Of a stretch of DNA of 64,000 nucleotides, positions 12,646 to 26,184 are shown piece after piece. Where the stretch lies: assembly GCF_006345805.1 (NCBI RefSeq), contig NC_043008.1:32984001-33048000 (forward strand), read 5' to 3'. The number at the start of each line of letters is the position of its first letter. Positions within the stretch are counted from its first letter, which is position 1. Made by a program: the position numbers and the translations under genes. The notes beneath the pieces were generated by a model that saw nothing but the letters and a program-made list of their open reading frames with translations, searched no databases and was not told the origin of the DNA. The DNA comes from Octopus sinensis (Eukaryota).

Positions 12646-12946
12646 GCACCCTTTTCAAGCGTAGCCAGGCTCATGGGCCCGGTTTCCTGGTTTCTATGGC
12701 ATTTGTGTTCCCTCCCAGCTGGACAGGATGCCAGCCCATCACAGCATTACTCAAGAAACAGGAAGAAAGAGTGAGAGAAAGTCGGGGCGAAAGAGTACAA
12801 CAGGGGTTGCCACCACCCCTGCTGGAACCTCGTTGAGCTTTAGGTGTTTTTGCACAATAAACACACACAACGCCTGGTCTGGGAATTGAAACTGCGATCC
12901 TCCAGCCATAAGTCTGCTGCCCTAACCACTGGGCCATTGTGCCTCC
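12646..12946 (-). mobile_element. tRNA-headed SINE (fourth family)
   Basis: Colinear with 31938-32229. Reverse tRNA-like head gggaattgaaac...cctaaccactgggccattgtgcctcc. Confidence 0.88.
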
Positions 12947-13128
12947 TATTTATATTATAACTTAGTTAAATTATTGTATCACACTTCTGATGTATGGTGG
13001 AAGCATTTGGTTTCAATTCCTAGACCAGGTGAAACATTGAACAATACACTTCACTTTGCATTGCTCCAGTCTACTCAGCTTGCAAAAATGAGTAAACCTG
13101 TGATGAACCAGCATCCTATCAAGGTGGG

Positions 13129-13167
<39 letters not shown>

Positions 13168-13339
13168 TATACATACCATGAAACCAGGAAACCAGCCCTT
13201 ATGAAATGGCATGACTCTAAAAGGTAAATTTACCTTTTTTTTCAATTTTGATGTTTATCAATAGATAATCCACTGAATGGAGAATGTGTTGGTTGCAACC
13301 AAGTCACATTCAGATAGAGTGAAGTGTAAAAACTAGATG

Positions 13340-13640
13340 AGGCCAATTCATTAGATGTCTTTACCACTTAATACTAGAATCTTTAGACACTGAAGATGAT
13401 TCACATGGCTATAAACACACTAACATCATCCTAACACCCAAGAAGGGAGATAGGAATAAACATAGAAACTATCAAGTCATTTTTCTGCTTGCTATAGTCA
13501 GTAAGAAAATTTCTCAACAGATTGGATGATAAATATCACAGCAGAGGCTCTGCATGAATCTCAACAGGATTTTAGAAGAAGACACGACTTGGTTAATAAA
13601 GAACTAGAGATCTTTATAAGCCATGTCTGTCTCAAGCCAA
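13340..13640 (+). mobile_element. RTE-type LINE reverse transcriptase fragment
   Basis: Frameshifted KKGDRNKHRNYQVIFLLAIVSK ... EALHESQQDFRR, resembling KGDRS.C.NYRGISLL ... LPESQCGFR. Confidence 0.7.
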
Positions 13641-14607
13641 GTGATACAAGCTGAACCAATCGTTATTGAAGAACAGGAACTGACAGAGGCATGCCACATT
13701 ATTTTTATGGGCAGTATAATCAATAATGATGATAGACTGAGTGACAAACTTGATTGTAAGTGTGCAACAAATCCACTTACAGGGCTCTAGTTGGCTCTGA
13801 GCTATAGTAGAAGACACTTGTACTAAATGCCATGTGATGGGGTTGAATCCAAGACCATATGGTTGGGAAGCAAGCTCCTTAATCACACAACTATGCCTGA
13901 ATCAAGTCATACTTTTTTTCGTAACCACACCTGCATCTATACAAACATATAAACAAATATGTAGAACAGAAGACATTGTATGCAATCTTTTGCTTATTTC
14001 CCAAAGGCATTCCATACAAGGGATCGGTTGGCCAGTGGCAAATACACAAAAGGTTCAAAACCCTTATGATAGAGTTCTCTCTATACGCCTGCATGAGGAT
14101 TCAGATAACACAGGTTAACTTTAATTCAGCACTGTTGATATTAATGGTAGCAATATGATATTACATTAGTAACAAGAGCCACTGCCAATATTGTTTTAAC
14201 ATTATTTGCTGGCAATGCCTGGGGATACATTCCTTGATTCAACTAAAAGTGAGTTACAGAACACACAGACATGACTAGATCTAAACTGTTCAAGGACACC
14301 TCAAAGCTTTAGATCATACAAATATTTGTGAAAGAAATGCTGCTATTTGTGATGTTTCTCTCTCGTAGTACGGTGGACATGCAAAGCTTGGTGATTGCTT
14401 TTGAAGTTGCAACCACAAAGTTTGATTTTAAAGCTAACATCTTAAATTTCTTTATTAATCAAATCCAAACTTAATTTTCAAAAAATTAATTCTAACCAAT
14501 TGCAGTGTATTGACAGAACTGTTAGAGCATTGGAAAGATGCCTTATAATTTCTGTTCTGGTTCTTTGTGTTTTAATGTCAGTGCTTGCAACAATAAGGAT
14601 TCCAAAA

Positions 14608-14824
14608 AAGGTGGCGAGCTAGCAGAAACATTAGCACACTGGGAGAAATGCTTAGCAGTATTTCGTCTGTCTTTACATTCTGAGTTCAAATTCCACCAAG
14701 GTCGACTTTGCCTTTCATCCTTTCAGGGTCGATAAATTAAGTACCAGTTGCGTAGTGTGGTTGATCTAATTGACTGGCTCGCTCCCAAAAAATTTTGGGC
14801 CTTGTGCCTAGAGTAGAAAAGAAT
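14608..14824 (+). mobile_element. Short tRNA-headed SINE (second family)
   Basis: aaggtggcgagctagcagaaac...ttctgagttcaaattcc...ggggtcgataaattaagtaccag...gtgcctagagtagaaaag. Confidence 0.9.
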
Positions 14825-15742
14825 ACTGGTTCCAAGTTGCATCAGCCTTGCTTTCCCAGGGACAACAGAGTGTGGAGATTTGCTTAGATGAGTAGCTAAT
14901 AGTTCTCCATAAATAATCTTGCAAGGAAGAAATTTCCATGCATGCAAATTCTTCATGCTACAACAAACAACAAAAGGTCATTGATATCTCCTGATGCATC
15001 ATACTTAGCATCATTAAACCGTTTGAATCGATGACATTTCAGTGTCAATTGATAAAATGATTTGCCACCATTTCTAAACACCATAATCTTTTCGTGTCTA
15101 GCAACTATAAAAAAAAAACATTAGATTTTTAATTTCCTGTCTCTCAGACTGACCAATTCCATTTCAACCATCTAACAACAAAAAATAGCTTTTAGCTTTG
15201 CAATTACTAATTCTTAAAGTTGAACCATTGCTAGAAAAAGTACATGAAAATAAGGTTGTATTTTGTTTTGGTATATAAAATTGAATTAATTATTTAGTAT
15301 ATTTTCAACATAAGCATGACTCAGTGTTTATGACACTGATTCTGGGTTCAATCCCTCAGAATGGTAATTTGGGTATAATTAGATAGGGAAATATTTTTAA
15401 TACACACATTGTTTTTGATTTTGATCTCTGATTAAAATTTCATTATCATCATCACCATCATTATTGTACTTAAGATGAACCTACCACCACAACAGAAATG
15501 AGATCTTAAAAACAAGATGCCTCATAAAAAGCATTGGTGTAAGTGCTGATGCCACATAAAAAACACTGGTGACAGTAGCATGTAAAAAGCAAGTACACTC
15601 TGTAAAGTGGTTGGTGTTAGGAAGGGCATCCAGCTGTAGAAATCATGCATAAACAGACTATGGAACCTGGTGAAGCCCCTGGCCTTGCCAGTTCCTGTCA
15701 AACAGTCCAGCATAGAAAATGGATGTTAAATGCTGCTGATGA

Positions 15743-15950
15743 TTTTTTTTTGTTGTTGTTATTAAGCAACAAGACGGGTAAGGGTGATTAGGTGATGGCT
15801 TAGGGGCGGGAGACCCCAGACCTTGGAAAAAAACCCACTGGTAATCTTGTTGTAGTCGAGGGCTCTTCGTTGACACACGACACCACTGGGAGGTGGCTCT
15901 CGAAGTCGCTGGAAATGGAGATCTCCAGGTCCTAGTACTTGAACGGGTGC
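15743..15950 (-). mobile_element. GC-rich retroposed fragment with (CAA)n + poly(A) tail, source unknown
   Basis: On the minus strand it ends ...gcttaataacaacaacaaaaaaaaa, and it is inserted into the (GAT)n tail of a SINE. Confidence 0.5.
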
Positions 15951-16439
15951 TTATGATGATGATCATCATCATCCAATCTGGTGTAATTCTTTGATGCCAG
16001 ACATCCCAATCAAGCAATGAAGTATGAATTTCTGGTCTGGGTTTTAGTCATGTTCATCTTTCAATAGCTTAAATATCTCATCTGTGCACACCATGGTTAC
16101 AGGTGATGGTAGTAGTTCGCTAAGTGAACTGGTTGTTCTTGATCATTGACAGTTAGTAGTCTGATCATCCACTCAGCATCTAGTGATAGTCACCATTGAC
16201 TCCAATAAGTTCACCTCCATCATGCTGCATCCCAAGATTTCAACATTCCCTGGCTTGGGTGGTTACATAGCTGCGACCTCAACAAGTGCTACTACTCAGG
16301 ATCAAAGACCTGGGAACTAAGTGGCTAAGAGGTGGTTCCACACTCTTTAAAACTCTGGAACTCCTGAACGAGGGTCCTACTAACAGATGCAGTCTAAAGT
16401 CATACCCAGGAGATATATATATATATATATATATATACG

Positions 16440-16858
16440 CTCTTTACTCTTTTACTTGTTTCAGTCATTTGACTGTGGCTATGTTGGAGCACCACCTTTA
16501 GTCGAGCAAATCGACCCCAGGACTTATTCTTTGTAAGCCTAGTACTTATTCTATCAGTCTCTTTTGCCAAGCTGCTAAATTACGGGATGTAAACACACCA
16601 GCATTGGTTGTCAAGCGATGTTGTGGGGGGACAAACACAGACACACAAACATGCACACACACACACATATATATATATATACATATACATATCTACGACG
16701 GACTTCTTTCAGCTTCCATCTACCAAATCCACTTACAAGGCTTTGGCCAGCCCAAGGCTATAGTAGAAGACACTTGCCAAAGGTGCCACGCAGTGGGACT
16801 GAACCTGGAACCATGTGGTTCGTAAGCTAGCTATTTACCACACAGTCACTCCTATGCC
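16440..16858 (-). mobile_element. Full-length composite SINE
   Basis: Reverse complement of the 4321-4716 family from tail to head. Confidence 0.9.
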
Positions 16859-17163
16859 TATGTTGATATAATATTTAAAAGAATGTTTCATTTCTAAATA
16901 TGGGGTTCATAAATCACAAAATTTTAATTTTCATTTGAGTAAAGGTACAGGTGGTTAAGAAGCTTGCTTTGCAACTATGTGGTTTTGGGTTCAGTACCAC
17001 TGTGCAGTACCTGGGATGAGTGTTTTCTATAGCCCTGAGTCAACCAATGCCTTTTGAGTGAGTTTGTTAGACAAAAACTGTGTAGAAGTCCATCGTGTGT
17101 GTGTGTGTGGGTGTGTGGGTGTGTGTGTGGGTGTGTGGGTGTGTGTGTGTGTATGTGTGTGTG

Positions 17164-19250
17164 ATGGACTCTCCCATCAATTTTGACGTATGAGGCTCCA
17201 TCAGCATACTCTTTCTTTGTCAGTTATAATGCTTATGTCGAATGTGTCATTTAAGTCCCACTAACGATTTGCAAAGAAGGCCACAAATGTTGCAAGTTTG
17301 AGGAATACAGGTCAGTGTAGGAGGTATATTTGCAGCTGCCTTTCTCCTTTGCCTTGCACCCCCAAGCCTGTTAATGCTGGTTGCAACAAAGTTTTTATTA
17401 CCATTTTGACACAGTGATCTCCATTTTGTTTGTACCAATGCTGTTCACTCAAACATGTGTGATTGTATAAGGAAGCTCTCAGTTCCACCAATCTTACACT
17501 TGCTAAACAAATTAGCATTAGAAACTTTGTCTTTTAGTGAATAACCACAGATTGTCTTCAGACAGTCTTTGTGGAAGATGTCAAGCTGGTTAATGTGTCG
17601 TCTATAGGGTATCCATGATTCTGAGTCATACAAGAGAAGGTAAGAAAGACTGCTTTATAGACCTGTACTTTGGTGTCAAATTTGATGCCCCTCTCACTCC
17701 ATAGATGATGACAGAGTTTGGCAAATGCATTGGTTGCCTTTGCAAGACAGTTGACGATTTCATCATCAAGGGTAGCGCTCAAATTCACTTTACTACCAAG
17801 ATATGTAAATGACTTCACATAATTTAGGCTTTTCCCATCAACCTGTATAGGAGTGTTAGGAAAATTGTGAACCGGTGGCCTCTGCTTGACACCTCGAATT
17901 TGTTTAGGAGTAGGGCAAGTTTGGTGGATTACTTCTGTCTTCTTTATGCTGATGGTCAAACCAAAGGCAGAAAACCAGTATAGAAGTTCCAGAGCTTCCT
18001 CTAAAGAGGTTGCTACTAGTGCAGCATCATCTGCAAAAAGTAGATCACAAATGATACTGGTGCATAGCAGTGTTCAGGCTTTGAATCTCTGATGATTGTA
18101 TATTCCACCACTTGTTCAAAACTGGAATTTGACATCACTTTGTATGTTGTCAAAGGCGTACCTCAGCATCACTGAAAAGAAGAGTGCAAACAAAACAGAA
18201 ACCATAACACAATCTTGCTTTGTGCCATTTGTAATGTCAAAAGAAGCTGAAGATTCCCCACCAGACAAGACAGCAGCCTTCATTCCCTCATGTCAGATAT
18301 ACCAAGCTTTTTCAGAACTTTCCATAGTGCTTGCCAGTTAATATGTCAAAGGCCTTAGTAAGGTCAATGAATATCAAGAACAACTCTTGGCTTTTCTCAC
18401 CTACCTTCTCCATGACCTGTCGGAGGAAAAAGAAAATGTTGATAGTGCCATGACCAGAACAAAATCTGCGCTGTGATTCTAGATAGATATCATTTACAAG
18501 GTGCTTGATGATCCTGTCAAGAATGAGTCAAGCAAGAATCGTATCAGCAATAGACAGAAGTGGTATTCCACGATGATTGTCACAGACACTTCTGTTGTCT
18601 TTGTTCTTATAAAGATGTTGAATTGAGGCATCCTTGAAGTCCTGTGTTACATGGCTTACCTTCCAGATGTTTATGAAGAGGTCATGGTGTTTCTTAAAAA
18701 GCTTCTGTCCACCATGTTTGTAAATTTCAGTGGGGATAGCATTGCTGCCAGGTGCTTTACCAGAAGAGATCTGCTTAATAGAGTTTACCAATTACAGAAA
18801 GGTTGACTATCAAGACAGTTCTGGTATTACAGTGTGCTGTGAAACAGACATTATGACATCATCATCAGTGACTGAGGTGGAGTTCAACACAGCTTCAAAG
18901 TGATCTTTCCATCATTTCAGGATGTCAGATTTGTCAGTCAGGAGTGTCTCTCTATTCAATAAAAAAATAGGATTAACACTATGCTCTTGTGGATCATACA
19001 CTTTCTTGAGGCCAGCATAAAAGGCTTTAGAATCCTTTATGTCAGCAGCTTCTTGGAGTTCAGTGGCCTTGAAAGACCACCAAGCCTCCTTCATCTGTCT
19101 CAGAGCATGTTGGACCTGGCCTCTGCATTTCTTGTAGGCATTCTCTTTTCTGGACAAGCTCTTATCTTTTATCCAAGTTTTTGTGGAAGCTGTACATTTT
19201 ATCTATCAACTGTTGGACATCTGTGTTGTTATCATTGTTCCCCAGCATCA
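17164..19250 (-). mobile_element. RTE-clade LINE, 5'-truncated, decayed reverse transcriptase with (CA)n tail
   Basis: RT motifs GKAPGSNAIPTEIYKHGG, NHRGIPLLSIA, LFADDAAL, MTISIKKTEV, FTYLGS and a C-terminal CNICG. The 3' end abuts the (GT)n run at about 17098-17163. Confidence 0.93.
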
Positions 19251-20452
19251 CTTAACAACTGATGTTAGTTCCTTTATGTCCCCATAACTTAGCAGTTTGA
19301 CAAAAGAGACCAACAATAAACACCAGAAAAGATAAGTACTAGGGTCAATTTGTTTGACTAGGCCCTTCGAAGCAGAGCCCCATTGTGGCTGCAGTCCAGG
19401 TAAAATGCAGAATGTAACAATGAAACAGCAGAATAGAACAAGCTTCTCTCAGACATTCAAGTATTTAAATACGTGAAAGCTAAGCAGCTGAAATCTGATG
19501 GTAAATCACTCTTTCCAGGACATTTATGTAATATAATGAACTGATTCAGATTTGATTAGAACAATAACATACACACATGGTACATTTTTAGCACAGACTC
19601 TTACAATTATTACATATCACTTTACTAGCTCATTACAAAATACAGCTTCTTTACAGCTCATCGATTTTTCAACAAGAATCAATATCTTAGACATTTTAAA
19701 ATAGTTTAACAGTATTTTTGTTAAACTATGATATTTTGAAAAATATGCATTCCACATTTCAATTGCTTTTATAATATTTTAACAAACTGTCATCAAAGAA
19801 CAACAATTTAAAGATGAAATATGTGTATGTTTTTATTTTTTATTAACTGTTTTTTTCTCTCTGACTTTTTTTATTTGTTACTTGTTCTTATTAATTATTT
19901 TCTTTGAAATTTCTGAGTTACTGGTATCTGTAAAATATCAAATGAAATTAAAAAGAAAATAAATATAGAGTTAAACAGAGAGTAGCAAAAACAGTAGTCT
20001 TTTGTTATTATATCAAACATTTTTACACAATAATTAATTATGAGACAGTCTCATTTATAAAATAGGGTGTTATTAGAAAGGAATGATGGCATATTTTCAC
20101 ATAACATCAGTTAAAACTGTTAATAATAACCAATATCTCTAAAAATTTAATATACACATAATTATGAACATATTTATATTGGGATACATGAAGACACACA
20201 TGCATATGCACATACACTAATACACACATATGCACATACACTAATACACACATATGCACATACACACATATGGTCATCCATGTTTGAGAGTTAAAACTGC
20301 AAAACTATAGAAATTTATTTTTTTCTATTTTGAAAAATTTGATTAAAACCAAATGTTTAAGTGATTAATTGGCAGAATTATCAGTTCTTTGGATAAAATA
20401 TCCTGAGGCATTTAGCTATGGTCTTTTACATTCTACCACCATAATATCCAGT

Positions 20453-20911
20453 CCTTGTTGTTATGTGGTGGCTTGTGTGCCTCACTGACCCTGGGAGCTA
20501 TGCCAATGGAGCACAAGCACCTGGTGACATCCCATGCTGGTCAGGTCAAAGGACAGAGGCTGATTAATATAGGTCGCCACTTTTGAGAAGTAAAAATGTG
20601 TTTACATAGGGCCACAACACCTAACTAGAAGACAATCCAAGTTATGGAAGCAATAGTGATTATAATTTAGAACCAATAAGATCTGGGAGAAGATGGCCTT
20701 CTCTCAGGGAAATATATGAGACATCAGGCCCTGACCTGCGACCCACAAGAGAAGGAAAAGAGAGGACACCCTAACAATAGCTGGAGGTGGGATACTGAGA
20801 CAGAGCCAAAAAAGCAGGGATCCAACTGCAGAAAAGCAGAAGAGACAGCCCAAAGTCAAGAACAATGGAGAAAAGTTATCAATGGCTCAATAGAGAGTAA
20901 AGCATTTAAGT
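20453..20911 (+). mobile_element. Short RTE-derived element (5' UTR-like part joined to the ORF2 3' end)
   Basis: The 5' part resembles RTE 5' UTRs. ORF 20716-20913 (RHQALTCDPQEKEKRGHPNNSWRWDTE...QWRKVING) matches the RTE C-terminus. Confidence 0.7.
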
Positions 20912-23595
20912 AACTTTTACATTCTGAGTTCAAATTTCCCCAAGGCCAGTTTTGTATTTCTTCTTTCTGGGGTTGAATTATATTCCAGTAATGCATCTTG
21001 TGTGTAAATAGAAATGTCATAGTAGTGATTTAACTGAGTTGTTTGAGAGCTGGATAGCCTTACAGTAATTCTAACTGCTCTCTGTGCTCTGAGGTCAATT
21101 TGGCTTTTCATCATTTCAGAGCCCATAAATAAAGTACTAGTCTAGGACAGTGAATTGGTGGAATTATTAGAACATTGGACAAAATGCTTTGCAGTATCTG
21201 TTCCATCTATTTGCTTTTCAGTTCAAATCCTACCCATGAATTCAAACCTTGCTGACAACTGTCCAAGCAGAGACCATATTTAACTGCTAAATTTCCAATT
21301 GGTGGAGAAAAATTGTGAATATCTGATTTTCTAGACAAACAGTGTTGATGACTGAATCTATAATTTTACTCTTTTCTTTCTTTTGTGAAAAAGATAGTCA
21401 ACCATCTTGAGTTACACTTCAAATAACTCAAACATTTCCCTCAATGATATTCCCGGTAAATTCATAACAAAGTGGACCCTGACATGTCATAAAGGTGGTG
21501 CTGGAAAGTATAGAACATGTATTGTAGCAGGTATAAGGTCAACTGAATGTATAGGTTTGGGAGCAGACTAATGTAAATTAATGTAAAGTAGTTTCTGATT
21601 AGGAGGCCATACAAATGCTTGTCCCTTTTAATGGTTTGCAGAATGTGAAAGAGTTACTCTAAGTTGAAACTAAGAAATAGAAAGTAAAAAACAATGTACA
21701 AATATTATATTGACAAAATAGAACAAACGAATAAAAAGTTGCAGGGTGGGGAATTTTATCATAGATTAATGAGATAGTAAAGCAGCAGTTTCTTTAATGA
21801 GTTGTGGCTGGTACAATATACATTCAGTGATTGTGTTGGAATACATAAGAAGAAAGAGAGAATTCAATTCCACCATAATAGTAGGTATGGCTGTGTGGTT
21901 AAGAAGCTCACTTTGCAATAATGGGGGTTGGGTTCAGTCTCACTGTGCAGCACTATAGCCCTGGGCTAACCAAAACTTTGCTTGTGAGAGAATTTGGTAG
22001 ATGGAAACTGATTGGAAGCCCATTGTGTGAGTATGTGTATACATATATATGTATATACACATGTGTCAGTGAGTCAGTATATTTATATGTATATACACAG
22101 TTGCTTGAGAAGACTCAACAAGCCAAGTGAGATCGTTACTAATAACACTTTATGTGTCAATTGGGAAATCTCTCTATGGTTGCTTGATATACGACGGGCT
22201 TCTTTCAGTTTCCATCTACCAAATCCACTCACAAGGCTTTGGTCAGCCCGAGGCTATAGTAGAAGACACTTGTCCAAGGTGCCATGCAGTGGGACTGAAC
22301 CCAGAACCATGTGGTTGGTAAACCAGCTACTTACCACTGCACCTATGATATCTTTTATTATAAATGATCTCAACATTCTTTTTGCTTTACATAAAATATT
22401 CTTTACATACTACTATTGTTTTATTGCCATTTATTTACAAGTATTATAAATTTTATAGGTAAAATATCTTTCTGGGAACAAATTATGATTATAACATAAT
22501 AGAGAGTAACAAGGCTGAATCTTTAAATAACAGGTATAACTCACCAGACAGGCTTCTGCACAGTTTCTGCCAACCTAATTTCCATTACAAGTCTGGAGTT
22601 AATCCAAAGCTACAATAAAAGATACTTACTCAAGATGCCATGCAGTGGTATCAAACACAAATTCTCATGATTACAAAGGGAACTTCTTAACCACACAACT
22701 ATGCCTGAGTCTGTTGTTTCAGTTGTAGTTGTATCTAGGTGTGATCTATTCAGCATGTCTCCTCATTTTTAAGATGTTACTGTATGATTTTGAGAAAGAT
22801 TAATTATTATTTCTAGAAGGTCACTCAACAATAGCAACATCTCTTCGAAACACAAGAGGTCACATTAATGTATCGACATATCTGGTTATCTGTTGTGAAT
22901 ACATTAATTCATATATTTATGCCATTGTGACAGCTAATTTCCATGACAATAAGCATTTACTTCGCTTCATATTTCTGATGGCAATATTCAAGTGGCTGCA
23001 ATATTTATAGAAGCTTCACTGGAATATTTCACCTTTGTTATCAATTTCTGTATACGTTCTTGTTTGACCCCGAGTCAATCCTGATGGTGTACAATGATGG
23101 TCAAAGGCATTCCAACCTTGATCGTCCTGTCTTTTTACAAATTACCTCAGATTACATCATATGTCCTTTCCTTATTGAATATGGTATAGTGTAATTTTGA
23201 TGGAGATTTGCTATTTTTTCTAGTAGTTTGAGTAACCATGTAGAGCAACAGTTCCAAGCCTGGATCAAATACACTCCATCCATGATTGTCCAGATTTTTA
23301 TTGGCTATCCAGGATTACATTGTCCTTTCCTAATTGAGCAACTTACTATGTGATTCAAGGGAGATTTGACAGCTATCACCAGTAGTTCAATCAACCATGC
23401 AGAGCAGTGGTTCCCAGCCACAAGTAGAAGTGGGGTAAGGTCTGTGAGTTCTAGTCAAAATTTGAAAAGGCTACACTGTCAAAGTTATCGATATCTTTCA
23501 ACTGAGAGACAAAACTGGGAAAATGACTTAGTTGTTAGTAAATAAAAATAGTTTATCAGGAAAAGCCTGGGTTGTATGGAAGAATTTATTTAAAT

Positions 23596-24257
23596 CAGTG
23601 GTTTTCTACCAGGGTTTGTATGGTCCTTTGGGTCCATGTAAGATTATGTTGTTAAAATTTTATGTCCAATAAACAAGTTATACTTCTGCAATGTGGGTAG
23701 TGGGTAGCGATTTTTCTTCACTACTTCAGAGAGTGACGACCCTGCCTGACACAAGTCCCCGGCTCAGCTGGCTCTGACTGAAAGTACCTGGTATGGGTCC
23801 CTATCGAGGGTTACGGAAAGGAGACAACCTTCAAAGAAATCCAGAGTGGAGCCCTGTAGGCGGTTTAGTGTTCAACTTGACACTCTTCCGGCAGCTCCTG
23901 CAACCAAGCTGGTGCCAAACGTAATGCTCTGCACCTCTTTGGACTACGACAGCAAGGTCGAGAGAGGAATCCTGACGATTGGGCTACCCAGGATTTTCTT
24001 ACATCTAGCCCAGACCTGCACAAAACTGGAGAGGACATGAAATGTAAAAACCAGACTGGATTAGTTTATGCCCAACTCCATTGTCTCCCAAGACAAAAGG
24101 ATGCCAACAACTTCTGCAATATACAAAATATTTTTAACAATTTTTTAATACAATTCATAATAATATTTAATTAATGTCAAATAACTACATGAGTCCATCC
24201 AACCAAACAGGAATCACAGGGGTCCATAGGTAAAAAAAAAATGGTTGAGAAACACTG
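23596..24257. mobile_element. hAT-type MITE interrupted by a nested retroelement
   Basis: TIRs CAGTGGTTTTCTACC / GGTTGAGAAACACTG and an 8-bp TSD atttaaat / ctttaaat. Confidence 0.8.
23693..24109 (+). mobile_element. 417-bp GC-richer retroposon resembling an RTE 5' UTR, nested in the hAT MITE
   Basis: Flanked by an 11-bp TSD acttctgcaat (23682-23692 and 24110-24120), with a short caacaa tail. Confidence 0.7.
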
Positions 24258-25325
24258 CTTTAAATTAATTGGAGGCACATAGACTAGTGATTAGGGTGTT
24301 GGACTCATGATCATAAGATTGTGGTTTCAATTCTTGGACCAGGCAACGTGTTGTTTTTGAGCAAAACACTTCATTTCATGTTACTTCAGTCCATTCAGCT
24401 GACAAAAGTGAGTAACCCAGGGACAGACTGGCATCCCCTCCAGGTAGGGAATATATACACCATGAAACTGAGGAAACAGCCCTTATGAGTTGGTTAGTCT
24501 ATCTGTATTATGTTTAAACCAACCAGATCTGGCCTCTCACACCTTCCCTACAATGTCATTCTAAAAATAAACAATCACATCATTAAAATCTTGAAACTAT
24601 GAGATAAAGCATGAATAATTCAAAACAGTGTGAATAAATAAGCATTACATTTGACAGTAATCTGTATGCTAAAGGATTAATATAATTTACTGTTAATATT
24701 TCAGGTAGATTACTAATGCTTTTAACTTCGCCGTTTTTTTTTTTTTGATGTTATATGGGGTATCTTCAAGTACTGGAGATAGGGACAAGTAAGATTTCCA
24801 CTTCAGTTAATTTTGATGTTAAAACATACCATTTATTTCACCATTATCATCTCATCTTCATTTAACATACTTTTTTCTATGTTTGTATGGATTAGATGGA
24901 ATTAGTTGAGGCAGATTTTTCTTTGGCCAGATGATGTTCCTGTCACCAATCTTCACCTATTTCTAAGCAAGTAATGCTTTCCCAAAGCTAGACATTTTTC
25001 ACAGATGATTAGAAACAAACAACCTTACTTGTACAATGCTGATACTCATTACAATCACCATGTGATGTCTAAACAAACACACACATGCACACACACATAC
25101 ACACACAAACACACACACAAACACACACACGTGCACGGAAGAAGAACGTTTATAATTATGAACAAGTCACAATTATTACTAAGAGGATTGCAAAACCCTT
25201 ACATGTTAAAAATAGCAGCTAAAACTGCTATAAAGCCATTTTATCATTCATATTATTTCTCTTCATGATAAAAACTGTCCTCAAGCGACATGACAAATAG
25301 AATCCACAACTTAGAAATAACTGAT

Positions 25326-25393
25326 TAATTCTCTATTGCAATTTCGATGTTAGGGACCTCTTAAAGGACCCATTTCTCTCGTCAAGGGAAATA
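25326..25393 (-). ncRNA. Degenerate minimal type I hammerhead-like motif
   Basis: Minus strand UUCCC-UUGACGA-GA...GGG(U)CCU-UUAAG-AGG(U)CCC...UC-GAAA-UUGCAAU-A-GAGAA. Stem III is the palindrome AUUGCAAU; C3 is mutated to U. Confidence 0.55.
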
Positions 25394-26184
25394 TTCCTAT
25401 AGAGAGAAATCAAAACAAGATTTTATCTTGGGGCTAGCATGAATCCTGACCAGCAGGAGATATGCTTCACCCTCTATCTACACATTCTCCATAATGTTTT
25501 ATTACATTACTTTCTAATTATATATATATGAGAGGCATCTTTTCAGTTTCTGTCTACCAAATCCATTCACATGGCATTGGTTGGTGGGCTTGGGGTTATG
25601 GTAGAAAGCACTTGCCCAATGTACAGCACTTTGGGATTGAACCCAAGACCACATAGTTGGGAAGCAAGCTTTTTAACCATACATCCACACCTGAGACTAT
25701 TTGTATTTGTACTTTCCAGATGTATTCAATGGAATCCATTAGGTGGATGACAAGATTTTGAGAGGAAGTCTGTCTTTGATGATGAGACAACAATGTAAGA
25801 GTTATGTCTGATGCTTCAAAGAGGTCAATATTTACAACTGAAGAATTGTGTGTCTAAGCAGCATCTTCATCCTTCTTCTTTATAAAATATAACAAGTATC
25901 ATCAAAGCTTGAATAACCAGCATGTATTTTTCTGAAATGTCAACTACTATGAGATGTACCTGTTCATAATGCCTCATAGGTCAACAATTTAACTGTATAC
26001 AGACATACACATACATTGTGTGTGTGTGTGTGTGTGTGTGTCCATTGTTTTTTTCTTTTTCTTAACATCACTCATATGGTTTATATTCTTCAGCTTGTAA
26101 TAAAGAATGCTACATTTTTTATTTTAATCATTTCTTTAGCTATCAATTGCTGATGAAATAACAGATATAAACAATTGCAGCGTT

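Noticed and set aside
22012-22449. 145-aa ORF and similar RRASFSFHLPNPLTRLW / YDGLLSVSIYQIHSQGFG ORFs
   Set aside because: Recurrent antisense or sense translations of the same SINE consensus.
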